The notes under the pieces were generated by a model. The model was not told the origin of the DNA and ran no database searches. It worked only from the letters and a program-made list of their open reading frames with translations. DNA of 35,604 nucleotides from contig LT649342.1 of the NCBI GenBank assembly GCA_900128395.1, positions 1-35,604 on the forward strand, given 5' to 3'. Source of the stretch: Stramenopiles sp. TOSAG23-2 (Eukaryota). This document shows, piece after piece, positions 16,901 through 25,834 of the stretch (within the stretch, counting starts at the first letter, position 1; the number at the start of each line of letters is the position of its first letter). The position numbers were made by a program, and so were the translations under genes.

Positions 16901-19900
16901 TATTCCAGTGATATTGTTTTAAAGGTAATTCGTATTAAAATCATTCAAGCTTGTGTTGCTAATGATCATAATTTATTAATGTTATTATCGTCAAAACAAA
17001 GTTGTAAACCATGGTTACATAGTGTTTTACAAGTATGCTGTAGCAAAAAAAATGCTTTACAAAATAAATTGTCGTCGTCATCGTCCAGCAGTCATGTTGA
17101 GAACAATGCAGGGAATAGGAATAATATTACATTGTTGTTAAAGGAAACTGCAGTATCCATTGTTCACATAATGCGTTTGTTACAATTGCATATGGATAAT
17201 TTCACAATGGAGCCTGATTGGATATCATATTTAATTCAAATGACAAACACATGGGCAGATGATGAAGAGATTGTACATCTTAGTATCCAAATTATTTTTG
17301 ATAGTCACCAAGATGAGAAGAAAAAGAAAATGCTTTTCATTTCAAATAATTATTCATTCGTATTACGTAGTCTCTCCTTAGAAAGCAAGTTCATTGCTAT
17401 ACAAACTTATGTGAGCAATTATTTTCAAAGCGTAGTGAAAGAAACAGATGATGAAAAATTTTTAATTACTGCACTAAATAATTTTTCATTAGATCTAGAA
17501 GAAGGCAGATATTTATCATCTCAAGATGCATCCTTGTTTTTCAATAATTTAATGTCCGTGATCATGCAAATGAAAATGACATCTGAAAACGATGTGGCGT
17601 CAGATGTTGAAAAACACATTGTAAATGTACTTTCAGAAAAAATTGTTTTGTATTCGAAAAATTTAAGTGGAAAAGAACCATTTAAATGTATCACGGGTAT
17701 CTCCAGATGCCTATATGAGTGTTTGTCCCGTGATCCAAGCAACGAGAAGAGCGCTGCGATTAAAAACTCTATGCGTAGGGTTTCTTTCCTTGGAATGAAA
17801 AATGATCCGTTAGGTACACTATCAAATTTAATGGTTGGGATGTTCACCCGTGGAAAGTTGAGTTTTGAAAGCGTCGTTGAGGAAAGATTAGCAGCTGTGC
17901 AAGGATTGTGTGCATTGTTTCAATTATTTTCATGTGAGGATGAAAAAAAATGGGGAGAGATAATGTATCAGATTGGCCAATTTATCGATGAACATTTTCC
18001 AACAAAGGATGTTACTATGTCAAACAAGGCCAATTTAATGTTTAGAAAAACTCATGTCGGATTAAAAAATCAAGGCAATACGTGTTACATGAACTCTTTA
18101 ATACAACAATTATATATGATGAAGAAACCGTTTCGTGAAGACATACTAGCACTAGAATTGCCACGTTTGCTTTTAAAGGTAAATGACAATTCTCCATCTG
18201 GTTCGAAATCAAAAATTACTGAAAGTAGAGCTGGTGCATATAGAATATGTTATGAGCTTCAGCGAACTTTTCAATTTCTTGCTGGCAGTGATCGTCGCTC
18301 GTTTGATACAAAAGATTTGGTAAATGCATGTGAGCATTTGAAATTGTACTATAGTGTTACGGCGCAAAATGACACCCGCGAATTTTGCGATAAGCTTATG
18401 GAGAGTATGGAAACATCGAAAATTCAACCATTAACTAGATGTTTACACACGTGCTTTGGTGGTCAAGCAGTCGGTCAATCACATTTTAAAGAGTGTAATC
18501 ATTTATCTGAAACGCGGGATACTTTTACTACTGTGGAATTACCAGTGAAGGATATGCACACGTTATTAAAGGCATTTGAATCATATGTTCGTAGTGAGGT
18601 AATGGACGGGGCGGATGCTATCCATTGTGATAAATGTTATCAAAAACGCGTAGGTACTCGCCGTTCTTGTTTTGATTTAGATACCTTGCCAAAACTTTTA
18701 ATCATTCATTTAAAACGATTTGTAACTGACTTGACAAGTGGTGAATTGATTAAAGTACAAGATAGATTGGAGTTTCCAAATGAGCTGGATATGGCACCGT
18801 ACACGATGCAGTCATTAGATACTAAGTCTAGTACTTCTATCGAACCCAAACTTTACGATTTAAAGGGGGTTTTAGTACATGATGGAGATTTAAATATTGG
18901 GCATTATTATTCATACATACAAGATCGCGAAACAGGTAAATGGTATCATTTTGACGATGAAAATGTCAATCCATTTGAAAGTAGTAAAATAATGGAGGAA
19001 TGCTTTGGTGGTGGAGACAACGAAAAGAAGAGTGCGTATATGTTGTTTTATGAAGAGAGAGAGAGTTATAATGGTGGCAACAACACGCGGAATAATAATC
19101 ACATGATGATGTCAACAACAATGGACCTTACCTCGAATACATCTTCCTCAACATCTTCGTCTCTTGTTAAAGTTGTCAATACATCGATACGGAGAAAAGT
19201 TGTCGTCCATCGTGACAAGACTGCCATGTTAAAACAGCACGATCAAACAGGAGTAGAGAAACCATTACTAAATACCTCGTCTTCATCCAGCTTATCATCA
19301 AAGGCTTCCCATTTGCAACCAGAGAATGCTTCGGCTACTCCGTTGCTTCATATTGGTACCGTCCAACGCACCCGATCGTTATCATTTGATAACGATGTTC
19401 AAAATCAAAGTATTTTTCCGGTAATGAAAAAAAAATCACTTGGTCATGAAGGTCGTATTGCATCGTTAAAACGTGCTAGATCTGTTACCATAGAGCACAC
19501 TGCGGATACTTTGGATATTATGCAAACTGATGCTAGCAATAGCTATGATAATAATAATCGGATAAAGCGCAGAAAAATTGCTAACATAAATCATCCGAAT
19601 GCTTCTCAGTCTACAACCACGTCTACTTCACTAAGAGATCAAATTTTATCGGAACTCAAATTGGAGCCATACTCAACTTTAATACGTTTAGATCATTACA
19701 TAGAATGTTTTTGTTCTATTTTAGGTCATTATTTAAGAACACCAGCAGCAACAGAGCAGCAGCAACAGCACCTGCAAGTTGTCAATAATAGTGGATTAAA
19801 TACGTATAAGAACTGTTTTCAATTTCTGTTGATTTATTTCTTTAAAGTTTTAGTCTATCAAAAAGAAGCTAATTTAGAAAAATGGCGCAGCATGTTGAAC

Positions 19901-20389
19901 TTTGTAATAGAAGAAAAGGGCGAACCATATGCAAAGATGCTATTGGATTATTTGCGGATAGACGGTACGAAATGGTCTCGTATTGTTGCAGATGCACCAT
20001 CAACACATCTTACGATGGTGAAAGTTGTTATCAAAAAAGCTATTAAAAAATGCGACTTGGCTGAAAATGATGAGGGTATCGCTATGTTTGATTTGCAAGA
20101 TGCAGAAAGAACAGCAAGCGAATCCATTGATTTAACTGGAGATAATGAGAGTAAAACTGGGGATTATGGTGATGAAAAGGGAATGGAACACATACTTCAT
20201 GCTACTGAAACACTAGGTAATGATAAAGCTCAGCTTACACAACAAGTGAATGAATATTCATCATATACTCCGTCACATGGCCAAGGAGAACCGGTTATTG
20301 AGGCATTATCACAGGAATATGATTATAATGAGAACGACGTTGTCGACTTGTCTCAAGATGCTTTGAGTGATGGCCACGCCGTGGTTTAA
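13967..20389 (+). CDS. Large ubiquitin carboxyl-terminal hydrolase (USP9X/USP24/USP34-like, peptidase C19) with an N-terminal RanBP2/NZF zinc finger
   Basis: Cys box VGLKNQGNTCYMNSLIQQL, QND..EF, LPKLLIIHLKRF, His box GVLVHDG..IGHYYSYI..WYHFDDE, SAYMLFYE. The helical N-region (RLMGL..., IHEQIV.KS, IWDAA.GKH; GLETVWKI) is USP9/24/34-like. N-terminal WSCKQCTYLN..ACSMCG. The first ATG is at 13967; the ORF-track start at 13934 is TTG. Confidence 0.9.
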   Translation: MPTLAWSCKQCTYLNNTEGACSMCGYKPEVKQASDQNKITEAFDCVRVRYDIYGEVRWTDSRDAFKIAAENIHTEEALDFCSKYMGHVITIMSNQKVGFNHQYKDCFILAYEFCAQIIAHILQNKLEPHFKVLETLPLLFARAQSQTSSNLYRSQIGANVRRTCVQKFLDLNGFNLLADTVAYISPEGLSKICPLLEQLKYINEAKDSNVRITTCLYERATKIDQDSLPRNCGFWCVVLRELMSYYSDNQKMEEAIRQHYYRLINYTLQSDILNNRLMGLENVEKVVEDNIDENFVRKWLFHDIKVLSLLFNDKIHEQIVAKSRNLMKALIGRGWLEVKDVCLIWDAALGKHGALVKEISELLAVIAMEDPDNNRYRSGRYGASKMYNNNRSHFNNHSMDRSLWQQRSRGNNSNHPINLLGDNNNKNNNNNNQFNQGQEDGISLGLLRHMYSRINGHPTETIVFIDAVLRYDNGGEFESTNTYSSSAGSGKKKKKSINGKAQDLFFGTTDRANVTINCLEFLVLRITTMNEDIERKKMLFNLYKKTIASTGGENFFYPSMCNQLEYVRDAGNKNPDEVKKSTSVALIQVLLEVRNEKRMYHNPDKGLNIIIKTESGGVDLIEFFLKECKSCSARLAKYKDETAMEAIRKRLDSLGFIAKNKSLFKFAHIQDLWDSFFKCQNSKFMDILMDWLFVGRDDGKKNQDSEVDAYFGDEVAYRILVDLFGSETGLPYCDTKLGFKAFKNFFLGLNQWTNLGIIKVDNNNGGQSFRFVGLDPIYSPQKKVKTIHGLETVWKISMECMDMEVFNLAKNLIIDGCNVPHDKKIESHKDPVKIEILKRLKSLLIENHNNESAMAVQTTQRALSIIQDLLQSFFFNENALENTSLTILTRTHYKSENNNNKKKPYRSSLIKQGYASAVCEIYDLLSSLSKTGTVSHIKIIWDFLKSLPPRPLIMEEFSNVLQIDDDSAFRNALPIFNVYSSDIVLKVIRIKIIQACVANDHNLLMLLSSKQSCKPWLHSVLQVCCSKKNALQNKLSSSSSSSHVENNAGNRNNITLLLKETAVSIVHIMRLLQLHMDNFTMEPDWISYLIQMTNTWADDEEIVHLSIQIIFDSHQDEKKKKMLFISNNYSFVLRSLSLESKFIAIQTYVSNYFQSVVKETDDEKFLITALNNFSLDLEEGRYLSSQDASLFFNNLMSVIMQMKMTSENDVASDVEKHIVNVLSEKIVLYSKNLSGKEPFKCITGISRCLYECLSRDPSNEKSAAIKNSMRRVSFLGMKNDPLGTLSNLMVGMFTRGKLSFESVVEERLAAVQGLCALFQLFSCEDEKKWGEIMYQIGQFIDEHFPTKDVTMSNKANLMFRKTHVGLKNQGNTCYMNSLIQQLYMMKKPFREDILALELPRLLLKVNDNSPSGSKSKITESRAGAYRICYELQRTFQFLAGSDRRSFDTKDLVNACEHLKLYYSVTAQNDTREFCDKLMESMETSKIQPLTRCLHTCFGGQAVGQSHFKECNHLSETRDTFTTVELPVKDMHTLLKAFESYVRSEVMDGADAIHCDKCYQKRVGTRRSCFDLDTLPKLLIIHLKRFVTDLTSGELIKVQDRLEFPNELDMAPYTMQSLDTKSSTSIEPKLYDLKGVLVHDGDLNIGHYYSYIQDRETGKWYHFDDENVNPFESSKIMEECFGGGDNEKKSAYMLFYEERESYNGGNNTRNNNHMMMSTTMDLTSNTSSSTSSSLVKVVNTSIRRKVVVHRDKTAMLKQHDQTGVEKPLLNTSSSSSLSSKASHLQPENASATPLLHIGTVQRTRSLSFDNDVQNQSIFPVMKKKSLGHEGRIASLKRARSVTIEHTADTLDIMQTDASNSYDNNNRIKRRKIANINHPNASQSTTTSTSLRDQILSELKLEPYSTLIRLDHYIECFCSILGHYLRTPAATEQQQQHLQVVNNSGLNTYKNCFQFLLIYFFKVLVYQKEANLEKWRSMLNFVIEEKGEPYAKMLLDYLRIDGTKWSRIVADAPSTHLTMVKVVIKKAIKKCDLAENDEGIAMFDLQDAERTASESIDLTGDNESKTGDYGDEKGMEHILHATETLGNDKAQLTQQVNEYSSYTPSHGQGEPVIEALSQEYDYNENDVVDLSQDALSDGHAVV

Positions 20390-20776
20390 CCAGTGGAGTA
20401 TATCTTTAATTAATGCATAACTTATTTTTTAATTTACTCATGATAATTCCTACTCACCAGAAAGAATACGAGTACAATAACTGAGACAAATCTATCTCAC
20501 ACATGGAGTACATATATAATTAAAATACGAGAGTAATGATATTATAAAACACATATGATACGAAGCGGTAAAAAAAAAGTACGAGTCGTATATATATAAT
20601 TTGTATTTTATCGTAGTGTTATAAAAATTTTACACTTCTCGTGTTAAGTAATATGCTCAATACTCAATCGCATTATATATTTAATATAAATATCATACTC
20701 TCGTAATATATCATATATAAATATATATGATATTAAATATACATATCATACATGTATATATACATGATACTTTTCT

Positions 20777-22405
20777 TTAAAGCCTTGCATATACTGGTAC
20801 AAAAAAATTATCGACATTCGCATCAGTATACCTTGTTGTTATCATTTTTGTAAATAAATTGTTCATAAAAGTATTCATCTTCCACCCAAGCCTAGCACCA
20901 GAAACCAACATACGATGCAACGGAAGGTCCCCTAAAGCAGGACTGTCAAATTTGTCCTTGATTTCTTTGGGGATTTGATTTGTTACATATCCTGTACCAA
21001 GAACAACCATTGCGAATAGATGTAAACCAGTCTGATCTTTTTTTGTTGAATTTGCAGAAAGTCTAGGTATTGTACGCCAGAAGGGTTCGAGTTTATTTAG
21101 ATAAAATAAATGTGTACCCCAATTCGCTGAAGGTCCACTAAAGCCGCAGATATACTGAGGAGAACATACCATACCTTCATGGCTTAAAATTGGTTCGTGT
21201 TTTAAATTGTTTGGTATGTGACTAGTACAATTTACTATTATTGATCCTGGTTCTAAATCTTTGTAGAAAATTTCCCTTGTTTCAATTGTTTGCAATTTTA
21301 ATTGTGTTCTTTTTGTTTGTACATTATCAACTAAGCCTAAAAGATGTGCACGGATAATTTTTTCATTACTAGGTTGTAATACCTTTTTTACATGATTGAT
21401 CTCTTCTGTGCTGGATATACCAAGAGCAAAACTAGCTGCACCGGGTATTGGTGTGTGTAAAAAACCTTTTTTTCCCAGCTCCTTTAATGTCTCCAGTCCG
21501 TTTGTCCCGTCATACATTGTAAATGTTTCTCGAATCCAGTCAAGTGGTGTGTTATAACTATAAGAATGTTTTTGCATGAATGGTGTTTCTGAAGTAAAAT
21601 TGAATTGATCTCTACGTACAAACCATGTCCCCCTGCCTGATATGCAACATATTCTGTCTTTCATACCTTTTAGTTTCTTACTTAGGTGATATATTACATC
21701 CATAGCTGTTTTTCCACTACCAATAACATAAATTGGTGCCGGTATTACATTCGCACCATTTGTTTTAAATCTCATTTTCACATTCCATTCTGGTGTTAAC
21801 ACATCACTTGGTGATATCGATTGAATGTTATTGTTGTCCTTAGATGATAAAGGTGTCAAAATTGAATTTAATGGCTTGTTTGGTAATATATTAAATCCGG
21901 TGCCTTTTATAACACGACTAGCATGTATTTCTAAGAACTGTGGTACATTTTCTGTATTATTATGTTTTTCATTTATTAAATGGCGAGCTTTCAATTTAAC
22001 TTGTTTTTTCCCTGTATTATCTGCTGTGTTTAATACTTCCATATCATCATATTGTAAATAATTGAAAAAAACAAGTAAATCCAATTCTTTCTCTTCCACA
22101 CACTTGTATACAATATCTTCCAAGTGCCTCAATATTTCCCTTTTGTCTGCTAAATATGTATCAGGCTTCAATAAATCCCATTCACGTTTCCCTGCTGTGA
22201 AAACTTGATATGGCTGATGCAAACGCACATAATTGTATTGATTGATCCAGTTTCCACCCCAGCCATGTTCTTTTGCAATCACAATTACACGACTACCTTT
22301 TTGTAAATGATATGTTGCAGAGTTAAGAGCATTAACTGCTGCGTAACCACCACCAATTAAACACAGGTCGCAATTAGATACAAATGGATTTGTTTCCGTG
22401 TTCAT
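20777..22405 (-). CDS. FAD/NAD(P)-dependent oxidoreductase (flavin monooxygenase-like)
   Basis: FAD Rossmann motif LCLIGGGYAA, then GGNWINQYNYVRLHQP, a second dinucleotide motif VIGSGKTAMD, and IVNCT. Confidence 0.85.
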   Translation of the reverse strand: MNTETNPFVSNCDLCLIGGGYAAVNALNSATYHLQKGSRVIVIAKEHGWGGNWINQYNYVRLHQPYQVFTAGKREWDLLKPDTYLADKREILRHLEDIVYKCVEEKELDLLVFFNYLQYDDMEVLNTADNTGKKQVKLKARHLINEKHNNTENVPQFLEIHASRVIKGTGFNILPNKPLNSILTPLSSKDNNNIQSISPSDVLTPEWNVKMRFKTNGANVIPAPIYVIGSGKTAMDVIYHLSKKLKGMKDRICCISGRGTWFVRRDQFNFTSETPFMQKHSYSYNTPLDWIRETFTMYDGTNGLETLKELGKKGFLHTPIPGAASFALGISSTEEINHVKKVLQPSNEKIIRAHLLGLVDNVQTKRTQLKLQTIETREIFYKDLEPGSIIVNCTSHIPNNLKHEPILSHEGMVCSPQYICGFSGPSANWGTHLFYLNKLEPFWRTIPRLSANSTKKDQTGLHLFAMVVLGTGYVTNQIPKEIKDKFDSPALGDLPLHRMLVSGARLGWKMNTFMNNLFTKMITTRYTDANVDNFFVPVYARL

Positions 22406-23246
22406 ATTTTGAGTTCCTCTTTTGAATGTAATTGTCTTTCTTCGGTATTTGAAAAGACAATATAGAATTATACAATTGTTCTTCGAATATGCTTATTTTT
22501 ACAACCATAAATAACTCCAATGTTCCCAAAACATATAATAATATATGTCTCCTTCTTTCTTCATTCCAGACAGAGGCATTCATCTCTCTGTCCAACAACA
22601 TAAAAAGAAGGCTTGCTGGGCTTGCCAGCTTGCGAATATTATAGGCAGTGCGTAGCATTAGCTAAAGCTTTATAAAATATAAATCAATGTTGTGATGATG
22701 TAAAAATGTTAAGTCTCGACCAATTAATAGTATATGAACGTATGATTTAGCCAAAAAATCAGTTGTAGATCATAATTTTTGATATTTTTTTGATATTTTT
22801 TGATTTTTTCACCATTTACCACGTTTGAAATGTTGGAATTATTGGATTATATTTGATTGGATCCCCTTATATTTCAATATTTTGATAAAATGTTTGTATT
22901 TTGGTTATTAATATGTATGTAATAGTTATATTATGTGTGGATTGTGTTTTAAAATGATGTTGGGTTTCTAAAATGGTAAATAATTTGTAATATAATAAAA
23001 TATTTAGTATGTAATTTTATAAATGAAAATGATATGTAAATCCATTTGTGGAGTGTAAATATATATATATTTTGATGGAAATGGACTTGGATTAAATGCA
23101 AATCCAAGTTTCATCAGCAAAAATCATCGTCGAGGCAGGAAAATCAGACTAAAAGTTACTAGGCCGTAATAGCATTAAACCCTAACTCCTAACTATGACT
23201 TTCCAGCCATCAATACAGGCACACAGCACTAACTCTACCAAATTAA

Positions 23247-23290
23247 CTCGACGCTTCTTCGCGAAGAAGCGTCGAGCAAGCTCGACTAGT
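23247..23290 (+). mobile_element. Helitron-like 3' terminus (GC-rich palindrome followed by CTAG|T)
   Basis: Perfect 30-bp palindrome ctcgacgcttcttcg|cgaagaagcgtcgag (23247-23276), 9 nt, then CTAG (23286-23289) and T, all within very AT-rich DNA. Confidence 0.55.
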
Positions 23291-23542
23291 GATGATGTAA
23301 TTAAAAATAAATAATAATAATTTCAATAAAATAGCCGCCTAATAAATTAATATATATAGTTAATATAATAATAAATAATATATAGTATGAAGAATACTGT
23401 AATGGTATTATAATATAATATATATATATGAAGGAATATATTATTGATCATGCACGTTGCCATTTAAGTAATTAGTAACGTAACAGGTATATACTATTCG
23501 ATTATTCAAAAATATTATAAGTCAGGGAACAAACATCATATA

Positions 23543-24394
23543 ATGGCTGATGAAACAACAATTACCTTTACAATTCCATCCATCAACCAAGAAGATTTGG
23601 ATAGAAACTTTTCAATACCAATGGCTAGTTTGTTTAAATATTTTCAATCTGCGCGTATGAGACTGCCATGGGTAGGAGCTGGCTATGCTTCGTTGTCTAG
23701 TGAAACACCACAGGAAACCAGAAGACTAGTCGTGAAAACACAGATGGTGAAGTGTGATGCTAGTTTACGTGAAACTGTTGCAAATAAAGACGTAAATGTA
23801 GTTGTAAATTTAGGTAGTATAGGTCGAACGACGTGTGAATTTCGTTATACTATTAAATTCAACGATGAAATTGTTGGAAATGGGGTAGTACTAATGGTGT
23901 GTGTGACTGGAGAACCTGGATCATTAACACCCAGCCCCATGCCAGAACGTGTCCGTTCACTTGCACCAAAAGATGATGCAACGGAAAAAAAGTTCATGTT
24001 GGACAAATCGAAAATTGTATCTAATATGGAAATACCAAAAGCAAGTGATTGTTTGTTTGTACATAAATTATTTGTAAGATATAGTGATGAAGATGTCAAT
24101 CAACATGCAAATCATTCTGCATATGCAAGATATACACAAGATGCTATCACAAATGCAAGAGCTAATGATGTTATATTCAGTGATCAAATTCAAACCATGA
24201 TATTAGAATATAACGCTGAAGCTAGGGCAAATGATATTTGTGAAGTAAGGTTGGTAAAATTGGAAGAAGAAGGTGATATTGCTGTTTTTATTATAAGATT
24301 AGAAAATGCAACAAAAGGAAATGATGAAGAATCTGAATTGTTAATACGTGGATTGGTTATTAGTATATCAAAACATCAGAAAAGTGCTATTTAA
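23543..24394 (+). CDS. Double-hotdog-fold acyl-CoA/acyl-ACP thioesterase-like protein
   Basis: N-terminal hotdog (EDLD..., LFKYFQSAR, GSIGRTTCEFRY, PSPMPE) and C-terminal hotdog with VRYSDEDVNQHANHSAY, matching the family motif R.SD.D.N.HVN...Y. Confidence 0.8.
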   Translation: MADETTITFTIPSINQEDLDRNFSIPMASLFKYFQSARMRLPWVGAGYASLSSETPQETRRLVVKTQMVKCDASLRETVANKDVNVVVNLGSIGRTTCEFRYTIKFNDEIVGNGVVLMVCVTGEPGSLTPSPMPERVRSLAPKDDATEKKFMLDKSKIVSNMEIPKASDCLFVHKLFVRYSDEDVNQHANHSAYARYTQDAITNARANDVIFSDQIQTMILEYNAEARANDICEVRLVKLEEEGDIAVFIIRLENATKGNDEESELLIRGLVISISKHQKSAI

Positions 24395-24501
24395 TTTTTA
24401 AACATGAAGGAGAGAAAAGGAGGAGAACACATATGTACATATGTTGTTTGTGATTATTCTAGTTATTCTATTTTATTTTACAAACGTATGTGTGTATATT
24501 T

Positions 24502-24508
<7 letters not shown>

Positions 24509-24544
<36 letters not shown>
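24509..24544. repeat. (AT)n microsatellite, ~18 units
   Basis: Pure AT dinucleotide run between the convergent thioesterase and TMEM64 genes. Confidence 0.95.
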
Positions 24545-24550
<6 letters not shown>

Positions 24551-24574
24551 TATAATACACGACGCGTATTTTTT

Positions 24575-25243
24575 TCAAGCGTTCTTCTTTTCATCTTCAA
24601 TTTCAACTTGCTTTACAGCTTGATTCCATTCTTTTCTACCATGATAAATTACGTAACTTGCAATTAAAAAACAAATCGCAAATACAGGAATTTTATATTT
24701 GTTTGGAATTACATTTTTTGCAATATTATTTGTTTCACGTCCATCAAAGATTTCCAATAAATTCTTACACTTATTACCAATGTAATTCCATAACAATGCA
24801 AACGGTATTGCTGTGATAAATGCACAAAATAATATGTGAGATATTGGTACGTCTAAAACAGCTAGTCCATAATTTTTTATTGCAGCTGGCATCCACATTA
24901 ATCGTACTAGTAAAATTGGCCAAAGACCACCACGTTTTATTAAAACTTCCACAACACGAAAAGTTTTAAATTGCGATAAATACTCATTCGCCCATGCTTT
25001 AAAATATTTCCGCACAAAATAAATTGCTACTACGTTGCCCAACATTTTACCACAGATTGATACAATCGTCCCTGTAGTAATACCAAATAAAAATCCTGGC
25101 ACCATCTCAAGCGGGGTACATGGCAGTGAGAAACAGATGACAACACCAAGAAAAGGAATATAAATTAAAGGTCCGAGACTACCTTTACTAGCAACATATT
25201 CTGAAAAATTTAAAAATGTCTTGGTAAGAATTGCTGCTGCCAT
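24575..25243 (-). CDS. TVP38/TMEM64-family (VTT / SNARE-associated, DedA superfamily) membrane protein
   Basis: LPCTPLEMVPGFLFG, G..LGNVVAIYFVR, ILLVRLMWMPAAIKNYGLAVLDV, IPFALLWNYIG; several TM segments. Confidence 0.88.
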   Translation of the reverse strand: MAAAILTKTFLNFSEYVASKGSLGPLIYIPFLGVVICFSLPCTPLEMVPGFLFGITTGTIVSICGKMLGNVVAIYFVRKYFKAWANEYLSQFKTFRVVEVLIKRGGLWPILLVRLMWMPAAIKNYGLAVLDVPISHILFCAFITAIPFALLWNYIGNKCKNLLEIFDGRETNNIAKNVIPNKYKIPVFAICFLIASYVIYHGRKEWNQAVKQVEIEDEKKNA

Positions 25244-25276
25244 TTGTTCAAATTGATATTATTATTATTGTTTCAT

Positions 25277-25283
<7 letters not shown>

Positions 25284-25311
<28 letters not shown>
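25284..25311. repeat. (TA)n microsatellite, ~14 units
   Basis: Pure TA run about 40 bp upstream of the TMEM64-like start codon. Confidence 0.95.
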
Positions 25312-25315
<4 letters not shown>

Positions 25316-25651
25316 AGATTCTTTTCTACCTTGTATATCATATATATACAACTTTAGCATTCAGAGATAGCTTTATTTCAGCAGCTGCTCTTACTTTTGT
25401 ATTTCGCCAATAATTTAATTTCAAGGTTTTTAATTTTAAGGAACTTTAGATTTGTGCATTTGCAACATTTAGAGCTGTATTTTTTTTTTCTTCCTTTTGT
25501 TGCGGAGCAGCCGTCAAGCACTCAATTCATCTCTCCACCTCAACACATCACTATCACTCAAAAAAATAATACAAATAAACTAGAAATACGACGAGTGAGT
25601 AAAAAAAAGATATGCAGCATACTATGTATACATTCAAATGAATAAATTATA

Positions 25652-25821
25652 TGGCAGAAGAAATAGTATATACGTAGATTACTATCTATATAGTCGTCTA
25701 TAGTTCTTCTTTTTATTTTGTACATGATAAACATATTGGCAGAAGAAATAGTATATACGTAGATTACTATCTATATAGTCGTCTATAGTTCTTCTTTTTA
25801 TTTTATACATTATAAACATAT
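25652..25821. repeat. Tandem direct duplication, 2 x 85 bp, 2 mismatches
   Basis: tggcagaagaaatagtatatacgtagattactatctatatagtcgtctatagttcttctttttatttt(g/a)tacat(g/t)ataaacatat at 25652 and 25737. Confidence 0.95.
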
Positions 25822-25834
25822 ATTACGGAGAACA

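Noticed and set aside
22692-22800. Box C/D snoRNA starting at GTGATGA
   Set aside because: No CTGA D box at a suitable distance and no terminal stem; the same holds for the copy at 23289.
25652-25821. Possible CRISPR array
   Set aside because: Only two abutting 85-bp copies with no unique spacers, no cas genes and a eukaryotic context.
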